IMG/VR virus record: IMGVR_UViG_3300023179_000070 | Span: 1-64,000 of that record | Length of the DNA: 64,000 bases | Source: a virus | Taxonomy: Duplodnaviria > Caudoviricetes | Strand: one strand, 5' to 3' | Part shown: positions 30,749-40,990 of the stretch, one piece after another | Position numbering within the stretch: position 1 is the first letter of the stretch | Layout: every line of letters starts with the position of its first letter | The notes under the pieces: generated by a model | Told to the model about the DNA's origin: nothing | Databases searched by the model: none | Seen by the model: only the letters and a program-made list of their open reading frames with translations | Program-made: the position numbers and the translations under genes

Positions 30749-31290
30749 TACCAGAGTTCGCTGTCTTCTTGGTTATCAGGATTAACTTCTTTAGTATCTT
30801 TTGTTGAATTTTTAGCTTTTTTAATAGCTTCAATTCTTTGAGCTTCAAAAACGGAATTTAAAGAGTAAGTTAAAAATTCTTTTAATAACCTAGCTTCGTT
30901 AAAATAAAATCCAATTAAATATGATTGTTTATTTTCAACATTTTGTTTATCTTCTTTATTGACGCTATATGAAAAACCTACTTGTTTTTCATCTTTAATA
31001 TAAGGCGCAAGTTTAATTTTTGTAATTTGTTTTTCAGAAGTATGATATGCTGAAAACTCTACATTTCTTTCTAGAGCATCAAGAAGTCCAGCCGCTTCTG
31101 TAAGTGAAAATTTAACTTTAACACTTTTATTAGGGTTATTTTGATTTTCTGAAAAAGATCCGATTTTTTTAGCATCGTTCCAAGAACTTTGCTTAATTAA
31201 TGATCCCCATACTGAATTATCTTTAGAATTTACGCTGAAACTACAAGCTGTGCCTGTATTTTTACTATTTGGTTTATAAAATGATATCAT
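30748..31290 (-). CDS. hypothetical protein (possible nucleic-acid binding)
   Basis: 180 aa, acidic tail; upstream TTGACA-17-TAACAT promoter (31299-31327). Confidence 0.6.
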   Translation of the reverse strand: MISFYKPNSKNTGTACSFSVNSKDNSVWGSLIKQSSWNDAKKIGSFSENQNNPNKSVKVKFSLTEAAGLLDALERNVEFSAYHTSEKQITKIKLAPYIKDEKQVGFSYSVNKEDKQNVENKQSYLIGFYFNEARLLKEFLTYSLNSVFEAQRIEAIKKAKNSTKDTKEVNPDNQEDSELW

Positions 31291-31323
31291 ATTAATCTAT
31301 GTTACTAATTATATTTAAAAATG

Positions 31324-33915
31324 TCAATTATTTTTATCTGTCTTTTTTAGATCATTTAATTTCATATAAATTTGATGATCTTGAATAGCTATTAAGTCTC
31401 CAAATACGCAATCATCTCTTTTTGAACCTTTGCAAATAACTATATTTCCTTCTTCAAAAGTCCTGTTATTTAATAATTTATTATTTTCAATATTATCATT
31501 AAATATTAATACGCTAATTGATGATGTTTCGTCTGATATCTTTAATCTTACATATCTAGTTTTCTTTTCATTTTTGGAAACGCCAGTAAATACTTCTTCA
31601 ATTTGACCTACAAACGCTACTTTATTATTTATTGGTTCATCTATAATCTCGCAAATATATTTTAAATTTTCTCTTTTCTCTGAGAAGATTTCCTTAAGAT
31701 CTTTATTATAAGTATATCCTAAAAGTTTCTTTTCGTAATACCAATTTGCAAAACTTTCACTTTTGCTATTTTGATTATAAATTTGTAAATATGGATCATA
31801 TTTACTTTTAATCGTTTTTAATCTTGTATCTTTGATTACTACATGATTTTTTTCATCAGTAAATTTATTTAAATGTTTAATAATCTTAATAAGATCATAA
31901 TCAAATTTTTCTGCGAATGAAATTGCATATTTCTTTTCTTTAGCAGTTAAAATATTCCATAGTTGGGCTTCTAATACGATTTTACTTCTAGATTGATTAA
32001 AACCACTTAATGCTCCAGCTTGTATAAGTGCAGATAATACTCCAATATTAAGATCTGCTTCTTCTGCTGCTTGAAAAATTTCAAATTTATTGGAATACTT
32101 ATTTCTAAAACTATTAAGTTTTTCAATTGATTTATCGCTAATACCTTTAATTGACAACAATCCAAATCGGATGTCTTTTTGTTCAATTGAAAAATCCATT
32201 TCAGATTTAATGATATGAGGAGGAAGTAATTGAATATTAAATTCATGCATTTCTTTTTGAATTTTAGAAATTTCACCAATTGGATCTGGTTCATTTCTGC
32301 TCATTTTTAAAAGAGATAAGAAGAATTGTTGTGGATAATTAAATTTTAGATAAATTGTAACTGCAGCTAAGGCTGCATATGCAAGCGAGTGAGATTTATT
32401 AAATGAATAATTTGCTGAATCTTCCATGATTTTCCATAGAATTTCTCCTACTTCTTTTGGTAGTTTATTTTGTTTTACTTTTTCTTGAATCTTCTTTTGC
32501 CATGCTTTGATTTCTTCGGTTTTCTTTTTACCTACGATTCTTCTTAAAATTTCTGCTTCATCAAGAGTGAACCCAATTTTATGCGCCATTTGCATAAGCT
32601 GTTCTTGGTAAAGCGCAACTCCACCAGTTTGCTTTAAAATATCATCAAAGAATGGATGAATACTTTCATGTTCACCATAATTTGTATATTTAGCATATTT
32701 GTCTACGAATTGAAGTGCTCCAGGTCTAGCTAAAGCAAGAACTCCACTAAGTTCTTCTAGATTTTTCGGTTTTACTTTTTGGCATACTTTAAAATTTGTA
32801 TCTGCTTCAATTTGAAATAGTCCATGAGGCGATTTTAATTCTTGTAAATTTCTATAAATAGATTCATGAGACAAATCAATATCTTGGACTTTGACACCAA
32901 TACTTTTGCAAACGTCATCTACAACAGAAACACTTCTTAATCCAAGAATATCAAGTTTAATATTAAATAAACTAACCCAATTCATATCAAAACTTGAAAC
33001 GGCTTCTTTATCACTTGAAAATTCAGTTGGACATACTTTTTCAAGGTTATTATAAGATAAAAGAACTCCAGAAGGATGAACTCCTTTATTTTTAATTAAA
33101 TCTCTAAGTTTTAAAGCAATTTCATAAACCTCTTTATTTTCATCGCACCATTCTTTAAATTTTTCAATTTCCTCGTAAGCAGTTGTAATATCTTTGACTT
33201 GACCGAATACCTTTGGAATAAGTGAGGAAATATTCGTCATTTCTTCTTCACTTTTTTCCCCTACAATCTTTCCGCACTCTTTAATAAGTAATTTTCCACT
33301 AAGAGTATTAAGAGTTAAAATTTTACTAGTTTTGCCTTTAAATTTAGTCTCAAGATATTCAAGTACTCTATGACGATTATAATAACAAATATCCAAATCA
33401 ACGTCACACATTAATGAACCATCTAAATAGGTTATTCCATCTACAACTTGCTTTTTAGCTCGAATCTTGGATATAAATCTTTCAAAATAAAGGTTATATT
33501 TAACTGGATCAATTCTAGTTACTCCAATAAGATATAAAATTAATGATCCAGCAGCAGAACCTCTACCTAATCCAACTGGAATATCATGAGTTTTACAAAA
33601 GTTAATAACATCCCAAACTAGGAGGATGTAATCAATAAATCCAAGTTCTTTTAATGTTTCTAGCTCATATTTTGCTCGATCAATATATTTCTTATAATCT
33701 AAAGAATTTTTATGAATATTTAAATCTTTAAATCCATTTAAAGCTAAAGCTCTTAAAAAATCATAATTCGATACATCTTCGCTAACATTTAAATGTCTTT
33801 TCGATTCGGCATCAATCGTAAATTCTGGTAATCTAACACCATGCAGCCCAAGATCAACGTCTTGAAATTTTGATGAAAATACTTTATCTTCTAAAATATT
33901 ATTCATCATCTTCAT
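31324..33915 (-). CDS. dnaE: DNA polymerase III alpha catalytic core lacking the PHP domain
   Basis: GRGSAAGSL, LYFERF, DVDLD, KLDILGL, YQEQLM, YSFNKSH, C-terminal OB fold. Confidence 0.92.
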   Translation of the reverse strand: MKMMNNILEDKVFSSKFQDVDLGLHGVRLPEFTIDAESKRHLNVSEDVSNYDFLRALALNGFKDLNIHKNSLDYKKYIDRAKYELETLKELGFIDYILLVWDVINFCKTHDIPVGLGRGSAAGSLILYLIGVTRIDPVKYNLYFERFISKIRAKKQVVDGITYLDGSLMCDVDLDICYYNRHRVLEYLETKFKGKTSKILTLNTLSGKLLIKECGKIVGEKSEEEMTNISSLIPKVFGQVKDITTAYEEIEKFKEWCDENKEVYEIALKLRDLIKNKGVHPSGVLLSYNNLEKVCPTEFSSDKEAVSSFDMNWVSLFNIKLDILGLRSVSVVDDVCKSIGVKVQDIDLSHESIYRNLQELKSPHGLFQIEADTNFKVCQKVKPKNLEELSGVLALARPGALQFVDKYAKYTNYGEHESIHPFFDDILKQTGGVALYQEQLMQMAHKIGFTLDEAEILRRIVGKKKTEEIKAWQKKIQEKVKQNKLPKEVGEILWKIMEDSANYSFNKSHSLAYAALAAVTIYLKFNYPQQFFLSLLKMSRNEPDPIGEISKIQKEMHEFNIQLLPPHIIKSEMDFSIEQKDIRFGLLSIKGISDKSIEKLNSFRNKYSNKFEIFQAAEEADLNIGVLSALIQAGALSGFNQSRSKIVLEAQLWNILTAKEKKYAISFAEKFDYDLIKIIKHLNKFTDEKNHVVIKDTRLKTIKSKYDPYLQIYNQNSKSESFANWYYEKKLLGYTYNKDLKEIFSEKRENLKYICEIIDEPINNKVAFVGQIEEVFTGVSKNEKKTRYVRLKISDETSSISVLIFNDNIENNKLLNNRTFEEGNIVICKGSKRDDCVFGDLIAIQDHQIYMKLNDLKKTDKNN

Positions 33916-34117
33916 CCTTTTGATTTATTTTGTCAATTTCTTTATTAAATTCATTTAATCCTGTTGAAAGAATTTTCATAGAAGCCTTATCCTTCAAAGA
34001 AAAGAAAACATCAGCTTTTCCAGTTTTCTTACCTTTTTGAATAGTAATAAGTAGATATTCTATACCAGAATCATCTAGATTTTGAAGCATATCATAAATA
34101 TTATCTAATGATGCCAT
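33899..34117 (-). CDS. hypothetical protein within the polymerase cluster
   Basis: 72-aa ORF coupled to both neighbours. Confidence 0.65.
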   Translation of the reverse strand: MASLDNIYDMLQNLDDSGIEYLLITIQKGKKTGKADVFFSLKDKASMKILSTGLNEFNKEIDKINQKDEDDE

Positions 34118-34118
34118 A

Positions 34119-34757
34119 TTAAATTTCTACCTGCCATTTCAATTTATTCCATACTTTTAAATTTAAGTCAAGATCATTTATTGCATCATGTAGTTTATCA
34201 TAATCATGTTCAATACCATTTTCTTTACCTAAAGCTGTTAAAGAACTTTTAATACCTTTTTTTCTTGTATGAAAAATCTTGTATTGATATTCAATTAAAC
34301 TTTCTTTTGCATTATATGGGCTTCCATATTTAATACCTCTGGCTATAGTGTTAGTATCAATAAATTTATTAATGAGGTGATGCCAATTACATCCCATATG
34401 CTTATAATATTCTTTAATTAAATAAATATCAAATCCAAGAGTATTATGACCTACGATATAATCTGCATGATCTAACCAATCTTTAATAGTTGGAAATATT
34501 TCTTTAGGATCATGTCCTTCTTTTTGGACTTTTTTATGATCGTATCTTGTTATTCTAGCTGCGTCTTGGCTAATTTTTAAATCTGTTTGCCATTTTAGAT
34601 AAAAATTCTTTTCGTCAACTTTTTTATCACCTTGAACTTTAATCATAGCAATTTGCCAAGGAATATTGTGACAGAAGTTAAGACAAAGATTAAATGTCTC
34701 GCAATCAATAAATACCAAAGTCTTTTTCTTGTTATATCTTAATAAATGCTCATCCAT
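34119..34757 (-). CDS. DEDDh 3'-5' exonuclease (DnaQ/epsilon-like)
   Basis: FIDCET, GHNTLGFD, HDAIND. Confidence 0.88.
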   Translation of the reverse strand: MDEHLLRYNKKKTLVFIDCETFNLCLNFCHNIPWQIAMIKVQGDKKVDEKNFYLKWQTDLKISQDAARITRYDHKKVQKEGHDPKEIFPTIKDWLDHADYIVGHNTLGFDIYLIKEYYKHMGCNWHHLINKFIDTNTIARGIKYGSPYNAKESLIEYQYKIFHTRKKGIKSSLTALGKENGIEHDYDKLHDAINDLDLNLKVWNKLKWQVEI

Positions 34758-35503
34758 TATTTTGTTCCTAAATAACTTTCAAAAGAAAATTCATTACTAG
34801 ACATATGCTCTAATTCTGGTTTATTTAAAATACTTCTATTATTTATACAACGGAATGTAAGATATGTTTTAAAATCTTTTCTTTTATTATAATAAATACT
34901 TTTAGTCTTGTAAAGTTCTAAATTATTTTCTTGAGCATATTTTTCAATTTTGTTTTTAACAATAAGATCAAATGGTAAATCATTATCTTCAATAAAGACT
35001 ATAGGTTTTGTAAAATCAAATTGTGGAATACATATAAAGTTTTTTAAAGCATTATTAAATATAAAAGAATCATAAAATGGAATACAAAGTAATAAATCAT
35101 CTGTCCAGTTTTGTTTAATAGTTTCATAATCAAGCCTTGGTTCATAATAAAAACCAGTTTTTGCTGCTGTACTAAATAATTTAGTTAAAAGCTCATGACC
35201 TTGTTTGTTTCTAAAAAATATAACTATTTTTGAATTTTTCTGGCGAGATTCATCTGTTTTATCATTAATAGACTCCGTGACTGTAACTCTTAATCCATAA
35301 TTTAACTTAATATTATTGTTTTTCGTGTTTGTATACGCCTCAAGAAAAGATGACATATTATCTTCAACTAAAAATATCTCTTTAAGGTTATTTTGTTTGG
35401 CGATTTGAATTATAGAATCTGGATAATCATCTGCTTCATTTTTATCCTCAAGAGTCAAAATAGATCTACCTAATGAATAATGGGATTTAAATAATGGTAT
35501 CAT
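34757..35503 (-). CDS. stand-alone PHP domain of Pol III alpha
   Basis: KSHYSLGRS, GFYYEPRLD; matches the DnaE N-terminus with degenerate metal ligands. Confidence 0.8.
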   Translation of the reverse strand: MIPLFKSHYSLGRSILTLEDKNEADDYPDSIIQIAKQNNLKEIFLVEDNMSSFLEAYTNTKNNNIKLNYGLRVTVTESINDKTDESRQKNSKIVIFFRNKQGHELLTKLFSTAAKTGFYYEPRLDYETIKQNWTDDLLLCIPFYDSFIFNNALKNFICIPQFDFTKPIVFIEDNDLPFDLIVKNKIEKYAQENNLELYKTKSIYYNKRKDFKTYLTFRCINNRSILNKPELEHMSSNEFSFESYLGTK

Positions 35504-35535
35504 TATCTTTAATATAACAACTTTTTAAAAAGTAA

Positions 35536-36498
35536 TCAATCTAAAAATTCATCTTTTGTTTCATCAAGAAAATCATCTTTTTTGATAGGTGTTTGAAATC
35601 TAGGACATCCTTCATATTGTCGAGTTTCTATTTTAAATCCTTTTATATCTTTAAAATTATCTTCTAAACTAGTTTCTATAATTTCATTTTTATCATTAAG
35701 CTTAACGTAATATGTATATGGATCTTTGTATGGACATTTCCATCCTCCGACTTGACACATCCATTTATTTTTTTGATTATCTATTGCAAAATTAGATCTA
35801 GCAGATTCTTCATTAAATTTATTGATATAATCATTAATATGTTCTAAATAATGTTCAAATCCTTTAATTTGATTATCATCAAATGATAATTCTTGGATAG
35901 GTTGTTTTGGAAATCTAAGAAATAAGAATTTTACTATTGGTTTTAATTTTGGCCATAATTTTTTGCTAGCAAGACTATACATCATCGCTTGAATATTAGC
36001 TTCAAGGTCATCACCCCTAAACTTATATTTGGAGCTTTTGTAGTCAATTATATGCATTTCTTTTTTAATTTTAATAGGTTTATCTATAAAACCCTTAATA
36101 TGATATTTAGGTTCTTCATTTACAATATCAAAAGAATATTCTGGTTTAACTATTTCGCCACCTTCACCAAAGAAATCATTTTTAAGCCCAACTAGTATCA
36201 TATCATTTAATAATTTATAATTACTTTCATCTAATTTGACTTTTGCAGCTAATTTTTTGACTAATCTTGAGACTCCTTTATCGCCATCTATAGAATTTTT
36301 CTTGATAATTCTTTTATAGTTTTTAAGATGTCTTTTATTTAATAATAATTCAAAAATAGTATGACAAATCGTACCACGATCACTTCCATCATTAGATCTT
36401 TGTGGAATTTTTAAATGATAATTTAACCAATATGTCCATGAACATGTTTCGAGAGTTTTTATTCTTGAAGCAGATAAAGTTTTATTTTGATGGGTCAT
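35536..36498 (-). CDS. PD-(D/E)XK exonuclease (RecB/Cas4-like)
   Basis: LSAS..C, GTICH, GFID, IIDYKS, Q..MY, C-terminal Cys cluster. Confidence 0.85.
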   Translation of the reverse strand: MTHQNKTLSASRIKTLETCSWTYWLNYHLKIPQRSNDGSDRGTICHTIFELLLNKRHLKNYKRIIKKNSIDGDKGVSRLVKKLAAKVKLDESNYKLLNDMILVGLKNDFFGEGGEIVKPEYSFDIVNEEPKYHIKGFIDKPIKIKKEMHIIDYKSSKYKFRGDDLEANIQAMMYSLASKKLWPKLKPIVKFLFLRFPKQPIQELSFDDNQIKGFEHYLEHINDYINKFNEESARSNFAIDNQKNKWMCQVGGWKCPYKDPYTYYVKLNDKNEIIETSLEDNFKDIKGFKIETRQYEGCPRFQTPIKKDDFLDETKDEFLD

Positions 36499-36528
36499 AA
36501 ATTTTTTTTACCCTTTTTGCTCCACTAT

Positions 36529-37434
36529 TTAGAGATTGTTTTTCCATTGTAAAATTTCTTCTTTGTTCATTTCTCCAAAATCTTTTTTAGTTGGTAAAGC
36601 TATTTTTAATTGTTTATCATCAAAATATCTTTTTAATCTTGAATGAGTTTTTTCTGCGCCAATATTACCCGCGTTATTTTTATTTGAATCATTATTTAAA
36701 CTAATATAAATTTTTTTAATATCAATTCTTAAAAGATAATTTAAAATACCCAAACTAAGACTTGTTCCAAATGTTACTAAAATATTTTTAATTCCAGCTT
36801 GATATAAACTCAACATATCGCCAATACTTTCTACAAGAATAATCTCTTTCTGAGATTGTATGGCTTCTGAATTTAAAAATAATGGATAAAGAAAATCACT
36901 TTTTTCTCCAAGATGTTTCCACTTAATTTTAGAAAGATTTGTAATATCTCTGCCAGAAAATCCTATAATATTATTTTTAATATCAAATATTGGGAAAACG
37001 TATCTGTTTTTCATTTTTCCAGCTTTTCCTACTCCACCTTTAAATTGATCAAGAGTCTCATTATTAATTCCTCTTTTATTCCAATATGAATTATCGTTTT
37101 CTAAATTAGATAAAAGATCCAAATCAAACTTCTTTGTTGATTTAAGAAGTGGTTTGGAAATTTCTTTAGGTTGATGAAATGCAAAATTTTTATCTTTTAA
37201 CCATTCTTTAGCTTTATTCGGATCTTCTAGTTTTAATGTCATTCCCACTAATGAACTAAAATCGCCACTAATATTTTCTTTAAAATCAAACCAATGACCA
37301 GTATCTTTATAAATTTTTAATACAGTGTCATTATCACTATCTCTATAAAGAGGTTTAGCTCTATACTCTTTTCCAAAATCTTTTAACTTATATCCTAAAT
37401 CAGTTAAAATTTGATAAACATTTACTTGATCCAT
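36529..37434 (-). CDS. dnaG: DNA primase (TOPRIM)
   Basis: FPI..GFSGR..KW, LVESIGD, NND..G, KDFGE. Confidence 0.82.
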   Translation of the reverse strand: MDQVNVYQILTDLGYKLKDFGKEYRAKPLYRDSDNDTVLKIYKDTGHWFDFKENISGDFSSLVGMTLKLEDPNKAKEWLKDKNFAFHQPKEISKPLLKSTKKFDLDLLSNLENDNSYWNKRGINNETLDQFKGGVGKAGKMKNRYVFPIFDIKNNIIGFSGRDITNLSKIKWKHLGEKSDFLYPLFLNSEAIQSQKEIILVESIGDMLSLYQAGIKNILVTFGTSLSLGILNYLLRIDIKKIYISLNNDSNKNNAGNIGAEKTHSRLKRYFDDKQLKIALPTKKDFGEMNKEEILQWKNNL

Positions 37435-38078
37435 TCTAATGCCTCGCTTATTATAGGAAATTCTTTAATAAAGATTTTTTTACATTTTTCAGCAATCATT
37501 CTATGTTCTTTTTGAGTATTTTGTTCGGTTCTCAATTCAATATAATGAATCCAACTTCTTAAAGATCCTTTCATATACATTGTAGTTTGAGTGCTCAAAG
37601 GTAATATCATTCTTGCTACTTCTTTTGCTACTCCATTTTCAATCATTGTATCATAACAATGCTGTGAAAGCGATAAAGATTCTACTAGAAGTTCATTAAT
37701 TTTATCATATGCATCAGTATTTGTAGGCATAAGTATCTCTCCTACTTGTCTATTTTTATCTCCTTGCAAACGAAGCTCAACATCTTCAAATTCATTTGCA
37801 ACACTATATCTTTGACTAAACTCTTGAAAGCTAAATGATCTATGCCTAAGAATTTGCGCTGCAATTCCTCTGCTAGTTTTTATTTCAACGCACATATCAA
37901 CAAGTTCAAATGGACTCCAATGCTTATGCTTGATTAAAAATTTTAATAATTTCGGAGCAGTTTCTACATTCATTTGATTAGATGGATTACTAACTCTAGC
38001 ACAAAATGCTACTAAATCTTCTGGATTTTTAATTCCTTTAATTTCTGGTTTTGTAATTGATATTAAATCTACATTCAT
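37422..38078 (-). CDS. thyX: flavin-dependent thymidylate synthase
   Basis: HWSPFE and QILRHRSFSFQEFSQRY ThyX motif. Confidence 0.95.
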   Translation of the reverse strand: MNVDLISITKPEIKGIKNPEDLVAFCARVSNPSNQMNVETAPKLLKFLIKHKHWSPFELVDMCVEIKTSRGIAAQILRHRSFSFQEFSQRYSVANEFEDVELRLQGDKNRQVGEILMPTNTDAYDKINELLVESLSLSQHCYDTMIENGVAKEVARMILPLSTQTTMYMKGSLRSWIHYIELRTEQNTQKEHRMIAEKCKKIFIKEFPIISEALEWIK

Positions 38079-39559
38079 AATAATTCTCCATCATTTGCAT
38101 TTGCATCATTAAGTTCATATTGTTCTCTTTGACGCTCTGCTACATCTGCGAGTGATCCTCTTTCTTCGATATTAAAATTTTGAACATTATAGTTTAGATA
38201 ATTTTGCGACCAGATTTCTTTACCTGTGCAATCTAATCTTCTTACTAAATCTTGATGACCCGCCGCATCTTTTCCTTGGAATCTAGTTTTAGTTGGAATC
38301 AATTTGTGCGTTCCAAATGTTTGACCATCAAGAGTAATTTCATCTAAAGTTTTTCTTCTAAAGATTGCTACGAATGACGCAAACCATTGTAATCTATCTG
38401 AAAGAGAAATTACAGAACTATCATCCACAACTTCTGAACCTTTTCTATTAAAACTTTCGCCAGTTCTATTTAATTGCATAGCTGTAATAATTGGACAATG
38501 AATTTCTTCTGAAATTCTTTTTAATTTATCAATCTTGTCGCCAATAGCTTGATGCTCTGCCCAATTTTGACCCACTTTTTCTCCAGTCAATTTGATATAA
38601 TCATAAGCAATCATAGCTTGATTACCTCTGCCGACTTTAGAAAGATACCATCTACGAATAATAGAGCATACTTGATCAATATTTTTATTTCCTACATGAT
38701 AATGAAAATATTCATATTTCTTGACTTTATCCCAAGCTTCTCTTACTTTTTTTGTCATTTCTTCATTTTTACGCCAATTACCAGTTTCAAGATACCAAAC
38801 TGGAACTCCACTTAAAGACGCAACCATTCTTAATTGAATATCTACTGTTTGCATTTCAGTATCAAGAATAAGAGTTTTAGTTTTGTTTTTAGGATTAATT
38901 GAAGTTTTAAAACAGATATCATTTAACCAAGTTGATTTTCCTTGACCTGGTCTACTTGCAATTGCATAAATATTACCATTTTTTAATCCACCATACATTC
39001 TATTAAATTCGGAATATGGAGTTATCAAGCCAGTATCTTCTTTAGGGCTATTTCCAATTTCTTCAACAAGATCTTCAACTCCTTCAAAAATATTAATTGG
39101 CACATCATTTTCTGAATATGATGATATCTTTTTATTATAAATTTGATCAATTTTACCAATGATCTCATCCATTGAATCTTCGGAGTTTTTATTTACATAT
39201 TCTTTTAATTTATCTGCCGTTTGAGATATTTCTCTACGAACTCTTAATTTAATTAACTCTTTACAAGCGTTCATTGTGGCTTCTTCTGTAATCTGTGAAA
39301 AGCTTAAATTGTCAATATAATCAAATATATTAATTTCGTCTTTGAATGTAATCCCAAGATTCTTAATCTTTTCAGCCAATAAAACTTTATCTACATTTTC
39401 ACCTTTATGCTTAATATTTTTAAATACAGTATATATTGATGAATGAACATCATTATAAAAGTCATTTTCAGTTAAAAATACATCAATATCAGCAAAAAGA
39501 TCTTGATGCCTTAACAAGCCGCTTAATACATGTCTTTCTACTTGAAGAGAGTAAATCAT
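38075..39559 (-). CDS. dnaB: replicative DNA helicase
   Basis: Walker A SRPGQGKS, EMQ, YDYIKL, QLNR; N-terminal DnaB domain. Confidence 0.9.
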   Translation of the reverse strand: MIYSLQVERHVLSGLLRHQDLFADIDVFLTENDFYNDVHSSIYTVFKNIKHKGENVDKVLLAEKIKNLGITFKDEINIFDYIDNLSFSQITEEATMNACKELIKLRVRREISQTADKLKEYVNKNSEDSMDEIIGKIDQIYNKKISSYSENDVPINIFEGVEDLVEEIGNSPKEDTGLITPYSEFNRMYGGLKNGNIYAIASRPGQGKSTWLNDICFKTSINPKNKTKTLILDTEMQTVDIQLRMVASLSGVPVWYLETGNWRKNEEMTKKVREAWDKVKKYEYFHYHVGNKNIDQVCSIIRRWYLSKVGRGNQAMIAYDYIKLTGEKVGQNWAEHQAIGDKIDKLKRISEEIHCPIITAMQLNRTGESFNRKGSEVVDDSSVISLSDRLQWFASFVAIFRRKTLDEITLDGQTFGTHKLIPTKTRFQGKDAAGHQDLVRRLDCTGKEIWSQNYLNYNVQNFNIEERGSLADVAERQREQYELNDANANDGELL

Positions 39560-39568
39560 TCAATATAT

Positions 39569-39604
39569 ATAATACCAGAACAAAAATTAAAAGTCAAGTG
39601 TAAT
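39569..39604. promoter_or_regulatory. abutting divergent promoters: sigma70-type (minus, dnaB) and GTGTAAT (plus)
   Basis: Minus TTGACT-17-TATTAT; plus GTGTAAT 39598-39604, 8 nt before ATG 39613. Confidence 0.6.
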
Positions 39605-39612
39605 ATTAATAT

Positions 39613-40272
39613 ATGCCATGCGCTTTAACATCTAATACAGATTATCCAGGTTATATTAAGGCGATCCTTAAGGAAATCGATGCTGGAAATGATGAAACAT
39701 TAAAAGCTTGTGCTTGCTCTCTTAAAACTCCAGTAACAGATGAAGGATGTCCTATTCTTGATGAAGATGGTAAAGTTGGAGCCTTTCCATTTTGTTGGAC
39801 ACAAAGTGATATTAGTGGGGTTGGAGCTAATACACGCTGGCCAGTAGGTGTGAGTTTAAAGCAAGCTATGAACTTATATTGGAATACTTTAGGATTTAGC
39901 ATAAAAACTAATCCACCTCCTAGATGTGCAGGAATAGGTCCTGGATGCGCTGATATTTTAAATATAGGAGCAAAAGGAATAGATCGAGGCCTTCCAGAAG
40001 GTTTTGCTAAAAAAGAATTAGTATGTTTTCATCCATTACTACTTTTATCTAGTTCAACATCTAGTAGTGTATGTAGTTATAGCTTTCATGTTGAAGACCC
40101 TTGGCCATTTGGATGGATTTATTATCCATATGATGTGCAGAAAATAGTTAAACAAGGCGACAATTATACATTTTACCCTTGCGCAGGTGATTTTTCATTT
40201 AACTGGAGCTACGGTTGCCAAGATTTTTGGAGCATGAATATAGAGAACGAAGGATCTTTAAAATTTACTTAA
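39613..40272 (+). CDS. Cys-rich hypothetical protein inserted antisense in replication module
   Basis: 219 aa, 11 Cys, own GTGTAAT motif. Confidence 0.7.
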   Translation: MPCALTSNTDYPGYIKAILKEIDAGNDETLKACACSLKTPVTDEGCPILDEDGKVGAFPFCWTQSDISGVGANTRWPVGVSLKQAMNLYWNTLGFSIKTNPPPRCAGIGPGCADILNIGAKGIDRGLPEGFAKKELVCFHPLLLLSSSTSSSVCSYSFHVEDPWPFGWIYYPYDVQKIVKQGDNYTFYPCAGDFSFNWSYGCQDFWSMNIENEGSLKFT

Positions 40273-40279
40273 AAAAATA

Positions 40280-40558
40280 TTAATTTTTATCTTCTTGATT
40301 ATCGTCAAAATCGTCTTCTTGATTTTTTCTGGCTATTTGATCTGTAGTTGCTTCTAAATTTAATTGATCTATACTTTGACTCCATGTATTTACATAATAT
40401 AGAAGTGCCATAGCGTTTATTTGATTATCAAATTTCGTAAATACTTGAGGTTCTCCTTTACTTGAAAAATTAAATAATATATATCCTCCAAAACTGCATT
40501 CATCTATTTGCTTTAAAAGAGAGTCTGGTATTTTAAATTTTTTTTTATTAGTCACCAC
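40280..40558 (-). CDS. hypothetical protein
   Basis: GTG start (40558 or 40555); GTGTAAA motif at 40564-40570; acidic tail. Confidence 0.65.
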   Translation of the reverse strand: MVTNKKKFKIPDSLLKQIDECSFGGYILFNFSSKGEPQVFTKFDNQINAMALLYYVNTWSQSIDQLNLEATTDQIARKNQEDDFDDNQEDKN

Positions 40559-40570
40559 AAATTTTTACAC

Positions 40571-40990
40571 TTAAATAATTAAAATTCCACACTTTTCTTC
40601 TATATATTGTGGCGATAGATTTTTCAAGTCATTTTCATAGAGTTCTAAAAATTTAAATCCATTCATTTCTAACCATTTTTCTTTTTTTACATCTCTTTTT
40701 ATACTTTGAAGATATTTTAATCTAGAATTATCATGAAAAAATTTATTGAAGCTTTCATGTTGATTACCCTGTATTTCAACTGCTATTTTTTTTGTTGCAT
40801 TTAATAAATCTACTTTAAGCATGCTTCCATAAACTGGAAATTCTTCATAAACTATATGATTTTTCCAATATGGATAAAAGAATTGCTTGAATTTAAATTG
40901 TAATTTGCTTCTGGATTTTCCAGACCAATCTATTTCGTAGTTTCTTACATTTTTATTAACGAGAGTTCCGTTAATATTTAATAATCTCAT
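40571..40990 (-). CDS. Vsr/DUF559-like PD-(D/E)XK endonuclease
   Basis: VDLL..IAVEIQGNQH..RDVKK. Confidence 0.75.
   Translation of the reverse strand: MRLLNINGTLVNKNVRNYEIDWSGKSRSKLQFKFKQFFYPYWKNHIVYEEFPVYGSMLKVDLLNATKKIAVEIQGNQHESFNKFFHDNSRLKYLQSIKRDVKKEKWLEMNGFKFLELYENDLKNLSPQYIEEKCGILII

Noticed and set aside
31324-35503. Split intein joining the PHP and DnaE core
   Set aside because: No intein N-terminal (C/S) block or HN-C/S/T terminus at the gene ends
35536-36498. CRISPR-associated Cas4
   Set aside because: No cas genes or array in the window; replication context indicates a stand-alone phage exonuclease
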